A stretch of 63,281 nt of DNA, counting the filler, from Collodictyon triciliatum (Eukaryota): assembly GCA_043381765.1 (NCBI GenBank). It is 7 parts of 7 records of this genome, joined end to end, with 100 filler letters (N's around TTAATTAATTAA, not from the genome) between each part and the next. Parts side by side here need not be neighbours in the genome. Positions count along the whole stretch, not along the records: positions 42,565 to 52,260 come from JBHJMP010002923.1; positions 52,361 to 62,051 come from JBHJMP010002924.1; 5 more parts are not named here. One strand, written 5' to 3'. Positions 47,171 to 60,987 of the stretch are shown here, one piece after another. Below the pieces are notes generated by a model, which was given only the letters and a program-made list of their open reading frames with translations, was not told the origin of the DNA and ran no database searches. Made by a program: the position numbers and the translations under genes. Each line of letters begins with the position of its first letter. Position 1 is the first letter of the stretch.

Positions 47171-47654
47171 AATGAAACTCCCTTTTGTGGACATGACATC
47201 CATATTGGGAATCATTATCAATATCACTATCACAATCACAATCACTATCACTATCTATCAGAATGATCAGTAACGGCGTCTGATGACAGACCGAGTTACC
47301 GATGGATTTCGGCGCGATGGCAGCCTCTTCCCAACCACTATCTCTCTTTTGTCGGCCGGACTAGTGGCTGTGTGAAGTCGGCTATTTTAATCCGAGATTT
47401 ATTATTCATGCAGTCTCTGTCGTAAAATATCGAGTCGCGGGTGGTGGGAAAGTGGGCAGAGATAAGAGGGGGAGATTGGGGGAGATAGAGGAAAATTGAT
47501 TTGTGCTCAAGGCGTTCCATAAAGGGCCTCAATCCTCTCAGCGCCAGGCGAAGCAAAAGAGTGGGTGAGAGGTTCGATGATGTCGGAATCAAAGAAGTGG
47601 GCTGGTTTGTGCATAAACTTGCTGTCCGGAGGCGGCGGCCGAGCGATTCTGGCA

Positions 47655-50082
47655 TTACTGCTCGGCGTGAGCTTGTGTTGTGGAGTCAGAGGTTGACGCT
47701 TCAGATGTGGAACTGGACTATATATCGGTTGATGGTTTATTGGTTAGGTACATCTAAATCTCTTATTGAGTAGGCGGCGAACGACGCAGCATCGGCAGCT
47801 GTTCATACAAATTAATCTGTCTTCACTAGCGGTCTTTGTCGGAGGAAGGTGTGTGTCGTGTATTTGTTCGCTTACCTTTTTGGTTGCTCTGTCTTCCTTG
47901 TCTGTCTTGTCTGTTTTGTCTGTTTTGTCTGTTTTGTCTGTTTTGTCTCCGCCGCGGCTGAAGAGAAGGATCCAAGGGAAGATGAAGGCGACTACGAGGA
48001 CTCCGAAGGGAACAGGGTTGGCCTTGGCGTACTCTGTGATCTTGTCAGCAGACTCCTTCAGTGAGTTCATAAAGTCTTGGCCCTATGAACCAGTGTTATG
48101 GTTAGGCAAAGGAGTGTTCTTGGTATTGTTGTCTCTTAATGGTATTAAAAACTAGCGGTATAGTTTTACTCAAATGCATCTTCGTGGTAAGAAAATGGAA
48201 ATCAAATATTTACAGAGGCTGATGTGGAAGAGCTCTTGGAGGGACCTTGAATGCTTTCCTTTATCTTGAATGTTTGTTCGGCAAAGCTGCGGGCTTCAGC
48301 AATGCTGTGGCCAAGGAAGATATTGTCGAATGTGATGTCTAGTTCGGGAATTATCGGTTAGCTACTTACCAATAGAAATGAACCGTTTCAATTTTTAGCA
48401 AAAAAAAAAAAAAAGACGGTTAATTCGGGAAGGTTCGGCAGATATAGGGAGCACGAAGCGTCATTGAATAGTATCCCACCTTGAGTCATGGTCCAGATTT
48501 CGAACCCGATAGCACCAATGGATGGGAAGTTGTTTGGTGTCTTGTCCTCAAAGTAGTTGGGGTTGGGGATCAGACGAGCCTTCCACTCTCCCTTGTAGGC
48601 TGGGTTAGGAATCATGGGGCGGACCCACTTGCCCTTGTAGGCTGGGTTGGGAATCGTGGGGCGAGTCCATTCGCCGCAGTTGCCCTTCTCACAACGGGGG
48701 TTGGGGACCTTTGGTGCCTCCCATTCGCCGTCAAGATCGTCGTCCCAGTCATTGGGCTTCTCGGCTTCAGGGTCGAAGATCTCAAGGGGCTCGTCATCCA
48801 GCCATTCCTCGGGCTTAGTGGCAGACTCGTCGAGGATTTTGGCCGGTGCGTCTTCATCCCAGTCCTCGGGCTTAGAGGCAGACTCGTCAGGGATCTCAGC
48901 CTCGTCAACCCAGTCAGAGGGCTTCTTATCAGCGGGGTCGGGGATCTCTGCCTGAGGATTGACGGATGGCTGAAAGTCGGACAGGAGGCTGCCGCTGCGA
49001 ACTCTCTCCAGATCGATGTAGACGTCGAAACTGTTGTCTGGCTTGACATGCAGGGTGTAGAGGTGGCTTCGCAGGTCGTTTTTGACTTTGGGCGGGTTCG
49101 TCAGGTGCTTCTCCTCCCACTCGCCGGTGACCGGGTTCTGGTGACGGAAGATGAAGTGCACTTTGCTGGAGTCTCCACACTTGTCTGGGCCGAACATGAT
49201 CACATACGGGCTGGCGTTGCTGAAGGTGCTTGAAGAGAACTTCTCGTCCTCAATAAGGAGCTTCATGTATGCGCCTCCGCAATCAAGCGTGTGGACAAAC
49301 ATGACTTCGTACTGGACAACGATCTCGCCATTGACCGGGCGGAAAGGCGTCTCCAGAGCGTGAGAGATACCGTGGTGGCGGGCTCGGTCAAGAAGCACTA
49401 AGTGCTGGTCACCCTTTGGGATCTTTGCGTCTTCGGGTGTCTTTACGGCGAAGCGCCCAGAAAACTTGGAGTCGGAGGTGATCACCCAGCGGGTAGACCA
49501 GCCGTCGTCCTGGAAGAGCTCGTAGAAGTGTGCCTTCACACCAGTAGGCTCCACATAGTCGGGGATCTCGACCTGCAGGGACGAGGGGTTTGATATTGTA
49601 TGTAAGCCTTGGCTGTTGGCGCTATAGGAAAGAATAGGGCGGAGTAGGAGGGTTAACGGACCGGCTTGGCCTCCTCTGCTTCATTCTTAGCTTCTGCGCT
49701 AGCTCCGTCTTCAGCGCCGGCACCGTAGTCTTCCCCACTGTCTGCGTTAAACTCTTCATCCTGTAATAAGTATTGAAGAAATACGCGAGCGTAACTAAAG
49801 AGAGTCAAAATACTCCTTGGTTGCGGACAAGGTGCAGCAAGGACAGGCGCATGCAAGTGAGTTGTTTGGAAGAAAGAGGTAAGTGTTGCGAGACAGAGAC
49901 ATAGACATAGTGGACCCAAAATAGACATCATAGTCGCCGAGGCCAGCGTTAGGGTCGCCCATGAACTCTTCATCCTCGTGGTCATGGTCGTGGTCATCGT
50001 GGTCTCCGTGAGCGATTGAGAGGTGGGCACACAATGCTGCTAGCACGAGTAGGCCAAGCACCCAGCGGGTAGAAGTCTTCAT
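47655..50082 (-). CDS. CANX: Calnexin
   Basis: Signal peptide MKTSTRWVLGLLVLAALCA; VQYEV...DCGGAYMKLL, IMFGPDKCG, KVHFIFRH; P-domain repeats KPSDWVD/KPEDWDE/GEWEAP/IPNPAYKGKW; GFEIWTMTQ|DITFDNI; C-terminal TM (PVPFGVLVVAFIFPWILLF); 6 exons; stop at 47655. Confidence 0.96.
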
Positions 50083-52228
50083 GCTTTGGATGTTAAGTTT
50101 AACACTCGAGGTAGCCTTCCACGCTTTGTTGCAGTATTTTATTTTGTTCTGTATTTTTGGTTTGTTTTTCCTGCTACTTGTTTGTTTTGTTGCTTCGGGG
50201 CAGGCCGGCCGCGCAGAGTTTAGTGACCGATAGCAGCCATGGTTTAATGTGAGAAAACTTGCCTGCCCTTTTCATAAGCGCTTGTGCAGAATTGTGCGGC
50301 GAAGATGCCAGAAGCTTCCAGAGGGAAGCGCCCAAATTCGGAAAATCTATATCCAGAAGCTGGGAAGATTCTAGAGATGGCGACATATCCGGCTTACTTT
50401 CAAATTTACTTGTGGAAAATATAATATATATCTATTATTACCTCTTATAATTTACTAAAATATTTATATATAGATTATTATATTCATATATATTATATGA
50501 CATATTATTTAAATAAATTACAAGTATTCCTATTTGTCTACATTCTTCCCAGTTCTTTACACATTCACCATGACGATCGAAAAGAGATAAGGGATTGCAT
50601 CATAATATTGTCCCGTGTATCCAAAAGCAGTCTAGCGAGAACCAATTCAACAAGAAGCTGTCCGTTCCAACAAGCGAATCACCCGAGCAATGTGTTTTTC
50701 CAGGTGAAAGTGCGGGAAACCCCTGCCCAAAAAAGGTGGAAATGTCTTCCCATCCTCCATGAGCTTCGTCGAGGTTAGGGGAATGACGTCACACCGTTTT
50801 CAATTATAAGTGCGGGTTTGTCGTCGATGATTGGGAGCCTATATTTAGGCCGATGCGTCTTTTTCCAAGAGTGTGCACTGTTCATAGAAATTGAGTGGAA
50901 ACCGCACGAAAGAGCACAGCAAAAAGAATAATTGCGAGACCAAAGCAACAAATCCGCAGCAGACTTGTTCCAGAAATAAGAAGAAAAAAAAAAAAAAAGA
51001 AAAAAAAGCCGTGGCATTGAACCAAATTTCAATTTTTTGAATGAAAGAGCCCTTTTTTTTTTATTTTCTTTTTTTCTTTTTTCAATTGCTCGTGCGTGCA
51101 AAGCAAACAATGGGAAATACTACAGGATTATATGTTTATTTAAAAGGGACAATTGATATTTGGTTTTTTTTTTCCAGGAATTTATTTTTTCCCTTTCTTT
51201 TTGCTTCTGTCTGTCTCATTTCTTTGGACTGGAAACAACGACACAAAAGCGGCACAATTAGCGAGTTTCTCGTCCCTTTAAAGCCACTGTAGCAAAGTGA
51301 TCGACGCAAACCCCAACAGATACGGCCGACGGCTAATTTCTCGTATTGCCTCCCACGCATCTTCACTTCTTTGTTTTCTTTCTCTCGTTCCTGCCGCCTT
51401 TCTTTCCTCTTTGTTGGCATATCTTCTAATGTTGTGATTCTCGCCGGAGAAGAAAGGCAGTCGAATCACTGAAAAGACAGGGGAATGGCGGATGGGCAGG
51501 AATTCTGTCTGTCTTTCTCTGCGACGTGTGCAGCCGAAAGGTGATCGTAAACCTGTCTTATGTTTGGCTGAGCCGAGGTTGATTGGGTCCTTGAAAAGAA
51601 GCACTTGAGCGATTTTGCTGATATACTCATCGCGATTGAAAGATATCACATGAAATATATGGAAACATGGGTTTGCCGCGCCTTGTTTACGGCGGATTGG
51701 CTACTATATGATTTGATTGGTCTGGTGAGCGAATAATCAAGTCCTTCGGACCCATCCAGATTAAAACTCGGAGCGACTCTTTTCTTTCTCATTCTTTCTT
51801 TCTCTTTCTTTCTCTTTCTTTCTCTTTCTTTCTCTTTCTTTCTCTTTCTTTCTCTTTCTTTCATTTATTATTTTTTCTTTGGAGACCACCTGGTTGAGAT
51901 TTGTAGTTATGCTTCGCCGTGGATGTTCCCTCCTATGTTAAAGAGCCCTGGGCAAAGCTTACCGAATCTAGATCGGCTACTTTATATTTCAGCTTTTCCC
52001 TTACTTTTTTTTTGTTTTGTTTTCCCTTCATTCCCCCTATTTATCTATTTGTCACTTTATCGCAATATTATCAACCTCCTCACTTAACCAAAAGATCACA
52101 TCGATTAGCAACTTCATCTTTTCTTCTTGATCCAGAGTTCAATTATTACATTCGCATGTATTCTCATGAGCTTTAACAAAATCATTTTTTCTGATTAATA
52201 TGTTATGGTTGATAATGGCCAGGGCAGA

Positions 52229-52260
<32 letters not shown>

Positions 52261-52360
52261 NNNNNNNNNNNNNNNNNNNNNNNNNNNNNNNNNNNNNNNN
52301 NNNNTTAATTAATTAANNNNNNNNNNNNNNNNNNNNNNNNNNNNNNNNNNNNNNNNNNNN

Positions 52361-52481
52361 CATCCTGTGGAATGAAATAGGATGTGAACCTTGTCTGCGA
52401 TAGATGGTTGAAAGGACTCGTCGGAATCGATTCTTGAAGTAACTGCCATGTGCGTACTTTCATCGACCCAACAACTTTATC
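52361..52481 (+). repeat. 121-bp exact direct repeat, copy 1 (scaffold start)
   Basis: Identical to 61931-62051. Confidence 0.95.
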
Positions 52482-53013
52482 CGCTCTTCTGTCAAAATGT
52501 CACAGAAAGATTGTGACAACTTTAACTCCGCAGCTAATTCCCATGGATAATTCCGCGTCCATAGGAGTAGGAGATAGGAAAATCACCAACCTAGATTTGA
52601 CCCAGTCTCGCCATGTAGTTCATAATCCTGACAGCAATTACTTTCGCGGAGGTTTTGATACCTGCTGTCTTTGTTGTCAGAAAATTTAATAGAAAAAAGT
52701 AACACTCCTTTCACAAATGCTCTGTAAGGCCTATTGGTAAACATATTTCCTAATGCCGCGACTCAAAGACGGGTTCCACGTAGCTTGGTTTCATATCTGT
52801 GAAGATTCGAATAGCTATTGCTTTTATTATTATATTTTGCTACATTTCAAAACCGCCATCATTATTTCAATGGTTTTTGCATATGAGACGGAAGGAAAGA
52901 GCACAAGACAGTTACAATGCGCCAAAATTTAAAAAGGTATGTATACCCTGCATTCTATGCAAGATGGTTCATGATGGCTAATGGATTTTTTTTCCCTCTT
53001 GATATTGTAATTG

Positions 53014-55606
53014 TCAATTGGCCGTGCGCATTTGAGCCGAACCTGCCGAACCTGCGCTATTGGCTCTTGTCGAACCAGCAGATGTTATAACTCGCCCGGT
53101 AGCAGCAAACTCATCTTCCATGGCTTGGATGCGGGCTTTGAGATTCTGTCAGGAGCGTATTAGTGCTTCTTTTTCTTTTTTCCCGTTTCATATTCTGGTT
53201 ATCTATAACTGGTATGGTGGATAGAAATGACAGGATGGACATTCGATATGTCATAAATAAATTCACCTTATACCGAATGAATTCTTCTTTAATGGGCTGG
53301 TCAACCTGATTGTTGGAAAAAAATAGAAAGAAAAATAAAATAAAAAAAGAAAAGGAATCAGTCTGATTTTGGTGGAGATAGCAAAATAGTCATAAGAATG
53401 GCATACTAAGAAAAATTTTGAAGTGCTTTCACGCTTACCACAAGCTTTGCTTTTCGGCCATTCTTTATATAAAAATCATTTTGGTAATCGTGCAATTTGA
53501 CTTGAAGTGCGCGCTTCTCGGCTTTCAATTTTTTGTACGTTTCGTTAGCTTCTAAGTCAGTCGCTCTGTTACATTAAAGGAGAAAATGTAAGTATAAGTT
53601 TTATCAGGTAGGTGAATAAAATGACAGAAAATACACTATGTAACAATCGTGTCATCGGCAGCTATATTACTCACGCTGGATTTGGTGGTGTCGAAACAGG
53701 AACAGGCTGCACTAAATCCTCTTTTGGTTGCGAGGAAGGCGGCTCATTGGCTGTGTCAACGAGCTGTTTCACTTCTTTGTATCTTAGATAGAGCGGTCTC
53801 ATAATTTCTTTATCGTTCTTTTGTGGCTATCAAAAAAAAAAGGTTAATTAATCTCATGCTTTTTTTTCGAAAAAAATGTATTTAAGTTTATGTTTTCTTT
53901 AAAGAATTCCATTCAAATATAAATGGGCAAATATTTTATACCTCCCTCCCGTTCTTTTTCGAGAATGCGACATCGTAATTCCGCAATTCTCTTTTGATTG
54001 CAGACTTCTCATCTCTCAGCTGCTCAGCATTCATCTTGTTTAAGTCGCTAGGTCGGTTAGCCTTTTTCCGCTCAGTGGAAAGGTGTTTGTTTGCCAGCTC
54101 TAAGGGGCTTACTCCTGGATTGGAATAAATAAATAAATAAATAAACGCAAAAAAATACATTATATTTCATTATGGTGATGCTATTTTAATGGCGTAGTTC
54201 AGTAGAATATGTCGACATGAGTATGCACTTGTGAAAAAGAATTTTCACTTAAGAAAAATAAAAGCATGCCAGTCTACCCAAAAAATCTCTTTGATTTTCT
54301 TCGAGGTCGGATAAATCGTCTTCGGGAGTAACAATGGCACCTATATCCAACCATTTATATTTATCAGAGACATGCTTTGAGTCTTCAGTATATAAAGCCT
54401 CTGTGATGGATGTGGTAGAGCAGGAACATTGCAAAGATATAGGATTATCACTTCTGAGTTCCGGTGTGGTTCGTAAGATGCGAGGCTCTTGGGACATTGA
54501 AGATGCTGTGGAGCGTGCTGATGATTCTCCAGAACGAATCGTAGTTGCGGTGTTGCTTCCGTCCGAAGCCCGTGTGCTATACGCTGCTCTTTTCGGCGCG
54601 TATGTTATCGATGCTGCTTTTGGTGCTCCAATCTATTTTGCAATAAATTGTTAACTCTCACACATACAAATAAAATAAATAAATCCCAACAGAAAGAAAA
54701 ATTGTAGATCAACAGAGTCGCTATGTAAAGCCTTACAAAAAACCTCTGAAGAGTGTATGGTTCATCCAAAATGATAAACTGGTGGACCATCTGCTTGATA
54801 AGTGCTTGGATTGTTGCGCCGTGTGGGCTAGTAGGATGTGAAGGGCTGCTTGACCTTTGTGCAGCTTGGTCAACAACAATTTTCGAAGGCCTATTAACCC
54901 TCGCACGTATATCAAATGTATGAGGCATTTTGTATTAATTTATTGATATGGCGCTATTATGTCTGAAAATCAATGGTAGTATGAAAATCTACTAGGGTAA
55001 TGGATTTCGGTAAATAAGCTAAAATTCTTTATATGAGGCATAATTGGAATGTATTGAATCATCATACACTTTCTTTTCCGAAGTGGATTGATACTTTTGT
55101 TCTGAAGATATTGTTTGCGAGCCATTTCCAGCGCCGTTTGTCGGTGTGGTGGACCGTGGATTTTCTCTTTGTGAGTCCGCAGATTCTCTTTTACGCTCTA
55201 ATGGGCTTGAGGTATCTCTCACCTTGAGGAACAAACCCAAGTAAGTATTACAGGATGATAATCACATGTACTAATAATATTTTCTGTAAAAGAAACAGCA
55301 CAGGATGATGAAAGTCTCGAATTAAACCGTGTAAGTGATATACAATAGCGAGGTAAATAAAAAGATAGCAATAAAATAAAAAAAATGGAGACTAAGTCAA
55401 TTCATCTCGGAAGAAGAAAAACCTGAAAGAAAGAATGAAATAGTAAAATTATTGATTGAATAGAAATTTGAGCGAGCTTACTGAAAAAATAAAGCCGAAG
55501 TTTTCTATCATATTTGCAATTATCTTGTTGACCATCGGCCCATCTGCAACCATTTGAGACATCGATTGTTGCCTTGGTCGAAGCAAAATAGGGCCAAACA
55601 CGGTCG
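53014..55606 (-). CDS. RhoGAP C-terminal segment plus FAM13-type C-terminal domain (3' part of a gene broken by gap 55658-56234)
   Basis: ATVFGPILLRP...NKIIANMIENFGFIF (RhoGAP end); RPSDLNKMNAEQLRDEKSAIKRELRNYDVAFSKKNGRE|PQKNDKEIMRPLYLRYKEVKQ and EKRALQVKLHDYQNDFYIKNGR...EEFIRYK|NLKARI (FAM13-like repeats); stop at 53014. Confidence 0.8.
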
Positions 55607-56266
55607 CTATTTGAAGTGTAGGCAAAAGCGATAGGATAAATTGAGTCATTTGATATGNNNNNNNNNNNNNNNNNNNNNNNNNNNNNNNNNNNNNNNNNNN
55701 NNNNNNNNNNNNNNNNNNNNNNNNNNNNNNNNNNNNNNNNNNNNNNNNNNNNNNNNNNNNNNNNNNNNNNNNNNNNNNNNNNNNNNNNNNNNNNNNNNNN
55801 NNNNNNNNNNNNNNNNNNNNNNNNNNNNNNNNNNNNNNNNNNNNNNNNNNNNNNNNNNNNNNNNNNNNNNNNNNNNNNNNNNNNNNNNNNNNNNNNNNNN
55901 NNNNNNNNNNNNNNNNNNNNNNNNNNNNNNNNNNNNNNNNNNNNNNNNNNNNNNNNNNNNNNNNNNNNNNNNNNNNNNNNNNNNNNNNNNNNNNNNNNNN
56001 NNNNNNNNNNNNNNNNNNNNNNNNNNNNNNNNNNNNNNNNNNNNNNNNNNNNNNNNNNNNNNNNNNNNNNNNNNNNNNNNNNNNNNNNNNNNNNNNNNNN
56101 NNNNNNNNNNNNNNNNNNNNNNNNNNNNNNNNNNNNNNNNNNNNNNNNNNNNNNNNNNNNNNNNNNNNNNNNNNNNNNNNNNNNNNNNNNNNNNNNNNNN
56201 NNNNNNNNNNNNNNNNNNNNNNNNNNNNNNNNNNNGATATACTTAAGCACTCTTCATTGAGTTTAC

Positions 56267-58477
56267 GTCTTCATAGCATCGGTCGCAGACTCTGACAGGG
56301 TCGTCCTTCATTTGAATCCTGTTTGTGGAGCAGTTCCCACATACAATATCCCCACAACGGCGACAGTGATGCTAAAGAAGAACATATAAGCAGATCCATG
56401 TATCATTATTGTTGTTATTTTCACAGCGCAAACAAGCAATATATATGTATTAAAAAAAAAAAGGAAGGATGACACCAGAAAAAAAGTTACGAAACTGAAA
56501 TAATTTACAAAGGAGAGACAGAAAGATATAGGAAAAGGACGGAAGAAAAATAGAACTATTGTTTGACAATGGCATACCTTTCTGTTTGTCATGGAAAATG
56601 GTTTTGTGCAAACATTACAATTGTGCGAGGTATGGTCTGGCTTCCAGATGGGAGCAAAAGCTGATACTGGGAAATGATGACGAGGACAATCACGGTGAGA
56701 GGTGAGATTTAAAAAAAAATCAAGAAAAGAATGAAAGCGACGACCATGGATCGTCATGCGAACATGTTGGATTTCATTTGGAATTATAAACTATATAAAG
56801 ACTCGATTCTCTTTCACCATCTTAACTCACAATTCATAGGCTTGTAATCAGGCAACTTTTCAAACGTCTTGAGAAAAACCTGGACCCAATCTTCTCGGTC
56901 CGCTTGATCAGCAGCAATCATAATGAAGGATTTCTTCGTGTGTCGGATGGCAAATCCAAGTGGCTCTGAGGTTATTTAAATGGAAGGGAAAATGTAAGTA
57001 ATTTCTTACGAACGATGGGAACTTTTGAAGCTTTTTTTCCTTTTTTTTTTTTTGCTGCAGAGTTTTCATTTTAAATCATGACAAGAAATGATAATAACTT
57101 AAGTCTCCTTATTATTATCATTTGATTATATAATTAATTGTTTCATCACGAAAATGTCTTTGATATTCAACACTGATAAAAGTTGGATTTATATTCTCAA
57201 TTTTTTCAGACATGATTGTAAATGAATGAGAAAACATGTGTTATATATACCATTTGTGATAGACACTTCAAACTTGGTGTCGACCAGGCTCATAGATTGA
57301 GAAAGGCTCAGTGCTGTCTCTGACTGGCGCTTGCAATGGAGGAACAAATCGCTGAATAAGATAAAGAACCTCTTTTTTCGTTCCTTTCGACATACTTTCC
57401 ATAGCGTTCCGCTTTTAATAAATTTTCTGTGCGACTCAACCAGCTGCATACGGATTTGAAAGTCAACATCAAATGACCCGATGGAAAATTATTTAATCAA
57501 AGTTCACCAATCTTGGGAGTCGGAAAATAGAGTGTTAAATCATCGGGACGTAAATATACCTGAAGTGGTGGTGAGAAGTAATTTTGAATATCTATAATGG
57601 CGTTGCGGCGTTCCTGTTCTCTGATGCCTTCATTGATGCGATTGGCCACGTCCCTTACTGCGTCTAGGGTCTGTAAAAAGATACTTTAGGCGTTGCAAAA
57701 AAAACCAAATAAATGAATTGATTAGATGAAGATAAAAAAAAATAAAAGAAAAGGACTTGATCAACATGGTGTTCAAGAGTTTAAGTTATATGCACAAATT
57801 ATCACAGAAGTACAAAGGTGCAATAAGTATCATCACTTTTTTAATTCCTTGGTAATCGACATGATTCTCTGGTGTGTGTTTTAGGAAATCCTATAGTGAA
57901 TTTTTCTCATCAGAAAAAAAAACTCGGTATAAAAAATAGTGATGAACAGTAAATGAATATGGCGCGCTTACGCAAATTTAATTCATCTCAAAATATTAAT
58001 GTGATATAAAAAAAATGCAGGTGTGGCGAATACTTGAAAAAGCAGGGTGTATCTTGGTACACGTTGAACCGGCATTATCAGAAAAGAATGAAGTGTCAAT
58101 CCACGAGATTGAGGATTGGACATTTTGTTCTATAGAGAGAAAAAAATTGGTTCGTAATGAGTAGGGTTTTGAATAGAGTTTGTGAATTCTGAAAGATATG
58201 TATACAAGTTTTTAAAGAGAATAAATATATTCATCAGCCTGGGACATAACGCTGCCCTGGAGATAGAGCGTAAGAAGAAGAAAAAGAAAGAAAGAAAGNN
58301 NNNNNNNNNNNNNNNNNNNNNNNNNNNNNNNNNNNNNNNNNNNNNNNNNNNNNNNNNNNNNNNNNNNNNNNNNNNNNNNNNNNNNNNNNNNNNNNNNNNN
58401 NNNNNNNNNNNNNNNNNNNNNNNNNNNNNNNNNNNNNNNNNNNNNNNNNNNNNNNNNNNNNNNNNNNNNNNNNNNNN

Positions 58478-58513
<36 letters not shown>

Positions 58514-60530
58514 CTACTTAGGTATGGGTGGAATTACCTCGAGTATCTGGGCGAACCTTGGATTCGTCCGTTGGAGCTCAGTGGCTCTTTTTGCTGCCTC
58601 GTCAAAAGATGAACAATAGACCATATACATGCGAAGAAAAGGAATCTAGATTGTCAATGGATGGGAACAGGTGGTCAATATATGGATCTATTATTTTATT
58701 TTATTTTTTTTTCAAAAAAAAAAAAAGCAACATCGTACATACTGGAATGAATCGAGATGGGATTCTAGTACCACATATTACCATCCCACTGAAGTGGAAT
58801 GAATATGAGTCATCTCTAAAAAAATATTCATGCTCAATTTTCTTACTATCACGCTAAGTTCATCTCCGATTGTGGATTCTTTGTCCCATGATTCGATTTT
58901 GTTGTACAGGTTTCTTAGGAGAATCTTATTTGTGTTATATATTTCAACCATACAAGAAAACAACCGAGGAACCTCCTTCTGTAGTTGTGTGTCTTCCATC
59001 AGAGTTTTGCGGTGCTCCTAAACATAGTTATTTATAGTAATAAGATTTAAAAAAATTAAAAATGGTAATAAGATGGAGAAAACCAAAGATACAAAAGGTG
59101 ATAAATTCAGCTATGCGAATTTCTGTGTCTTTCTTCTCTTTCCTTTTATCTGGCCATCCCTAACAAGTCACTAGGGCATGTTTTAAGAACCAAGTTATAG
59201 AGGAATCATACCATCAGCACAAAGTTCAAGTTTCGGACGTAAGTTTGCTCTGTCGTGAAGATTTCTTTCGCAATTTTGTCTCGATGGTCTTTGAATCGAG
59301 TTTCCTCAGGAACAAAGGAAAAAATAATCGAGAGCTCAGAGTCACCCACATCAGTCACAAGCTCTACAAGAATAAACCGGTTGCATGTTAAATATAGATA
59401 GATTTTGTGGAGATAATTGTAAAGTTTAAGCAATCCATTTCGATTTTGTGCAAGGTATATATAGCGGATAAAAGGAAAACACAACTTACTGGTAATATCT
59501 CCCTGAAAATCATAGGTGGTCAAGTTCACGATACAGAAAGGAACATTTAAAAGGTGAGTTTAATATGAATCGAGGCAGGTTTCATCGCAGCAGTCAACAT
59601 CATTATAAATATCATGATTGCCGGTTGATAATGAAAAGAGCGAGAACCCTACGATGCTCAATGGGTTTGCATTGCCCCGGGGAGGCGGTTTGGGAGCTGG
59701 TGATGTGGAAAGACACGAATCCGATGATTGGCTGAGGGATAGAGATGACAGACTCAAAGGGTTTGAAGCTGCAGGAGAGTTCTGGGGGTTTACCTGATGT
59801 AGTAGACAATGTGAAGAAAGGAAATGCTTCAGTTGTATTCAGGTTTATGGAATCGTGCTTCTAGTTCTTCAATTTGCATTTATTTTGCTATCATTCATAT
59901 GATGTAATAAGGTATATTTGAATTCTCAAAGGGGATTAGGATGCATGTAGCTTTCCTTAAGACCCGAGTAATTTCTTTGCGTCATTATAGATATATAACA
60001 TGCATGCAGATATGCTAAGGTTTTGTGTTGCGATGAAAAATATGACGGAGAAACTGAGACAAGTTATATTAGTGATTACCATCGTCGTTGTGAGCCGGAC
60101 AGAATAAGGTGATTCACTAAGAGTATTAAGAAAAAAACAAAAAAAAGCACTTCTTTCAGAAATGTAATCGATCAGATATTATTGAAGCAATAATGCGGTG
60201 ATGTTTTAAACAAGCATGAGTTCTCACTAAAGGTATACTTCAATATCGAGTAAAAACGGACGAATAGATACGAATGATAGCTGACCTTGCCTTTCATTCT
60301 TTTTTCCTTTTTTTTAAAGAGAAATAAAAGCAACAAAAAAAAATATAGTTATATATCCATCACACATTAGGACGGGAAAGATATCGTCAAGATATGGCTT
60401 ACAATGAACTGTCATTCATTCCGTGGAAATCGGCCATGTGCTCACAATCGATACATATGGGCGATTTTCGATACATATGGGGCCTGAATCCGGTGCAGAC
60501 GCATCCCTCCATGAGGCATTTATTGGACAT
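56267..60530 (-). CDS. FGD-like RhoGEF: N-terminal Cys/His zinc-binding motif, DH, PH and FYVE domains
   Basis: DH RDKIAKEIFTTEQTYVRNL...LTLHSFLIMPVQRVPRYTLLFQ|DFLKHTPENHVD...VANRINE; PH RKFIKSGTLWKV...RFFILFSD...DREDWV; FYVE WKPD...CNVC...RK|HHCRRCGDIVCGNC...RVCDRC; first exon MSNKCLMEGCVCTGFRPHMYRKSPICIDCEH. Confidence 0.88.
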
Positions 60531-60904
60531 TTTTCTGTCTGCAGTAAAGAGATAAAAGTCTTCAAGGGCGAAAATGAGGTATTATCAATATGAGGGAATG
60601 GGGGAAAATAAAGGAAGAAAGTAATAAGCACCCGCTCGTATTAGAAGGTTGCAAATATACATAAAACAATTTTTTGTTTTGAAACCTCCTATCAATTGAT
60701 CTTTTGCGTTCGAATAAAAACTTTGACAAGCTTTTACCATGAAATTATAATCAAGTCTGCGTTTAAGGGCTGAGAGAAAGAAAGAAGGAAAAAAGAAGTC
60801 ATGCTCAGGAACTGGCTATGTGCCAACAAACGCGAACACTTATCGAGATAAAGATGCATATATTGCTAGGAAGAATTCGCTGAATGTAGATCTTAATCAT
60901 GATC

Positions 60905-60987
<83 letters not shown>

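Noticed and set aside
48481-49233. 250-aa plus-strand ORF
   Set aside because: Antisense to the calnexin P-domain exon.
50500-52260. Short ORFs and CCAAT-like motifs upstream of calnexin
   Set aside because: Not enough evidence for a gene or a defined regulatory element.
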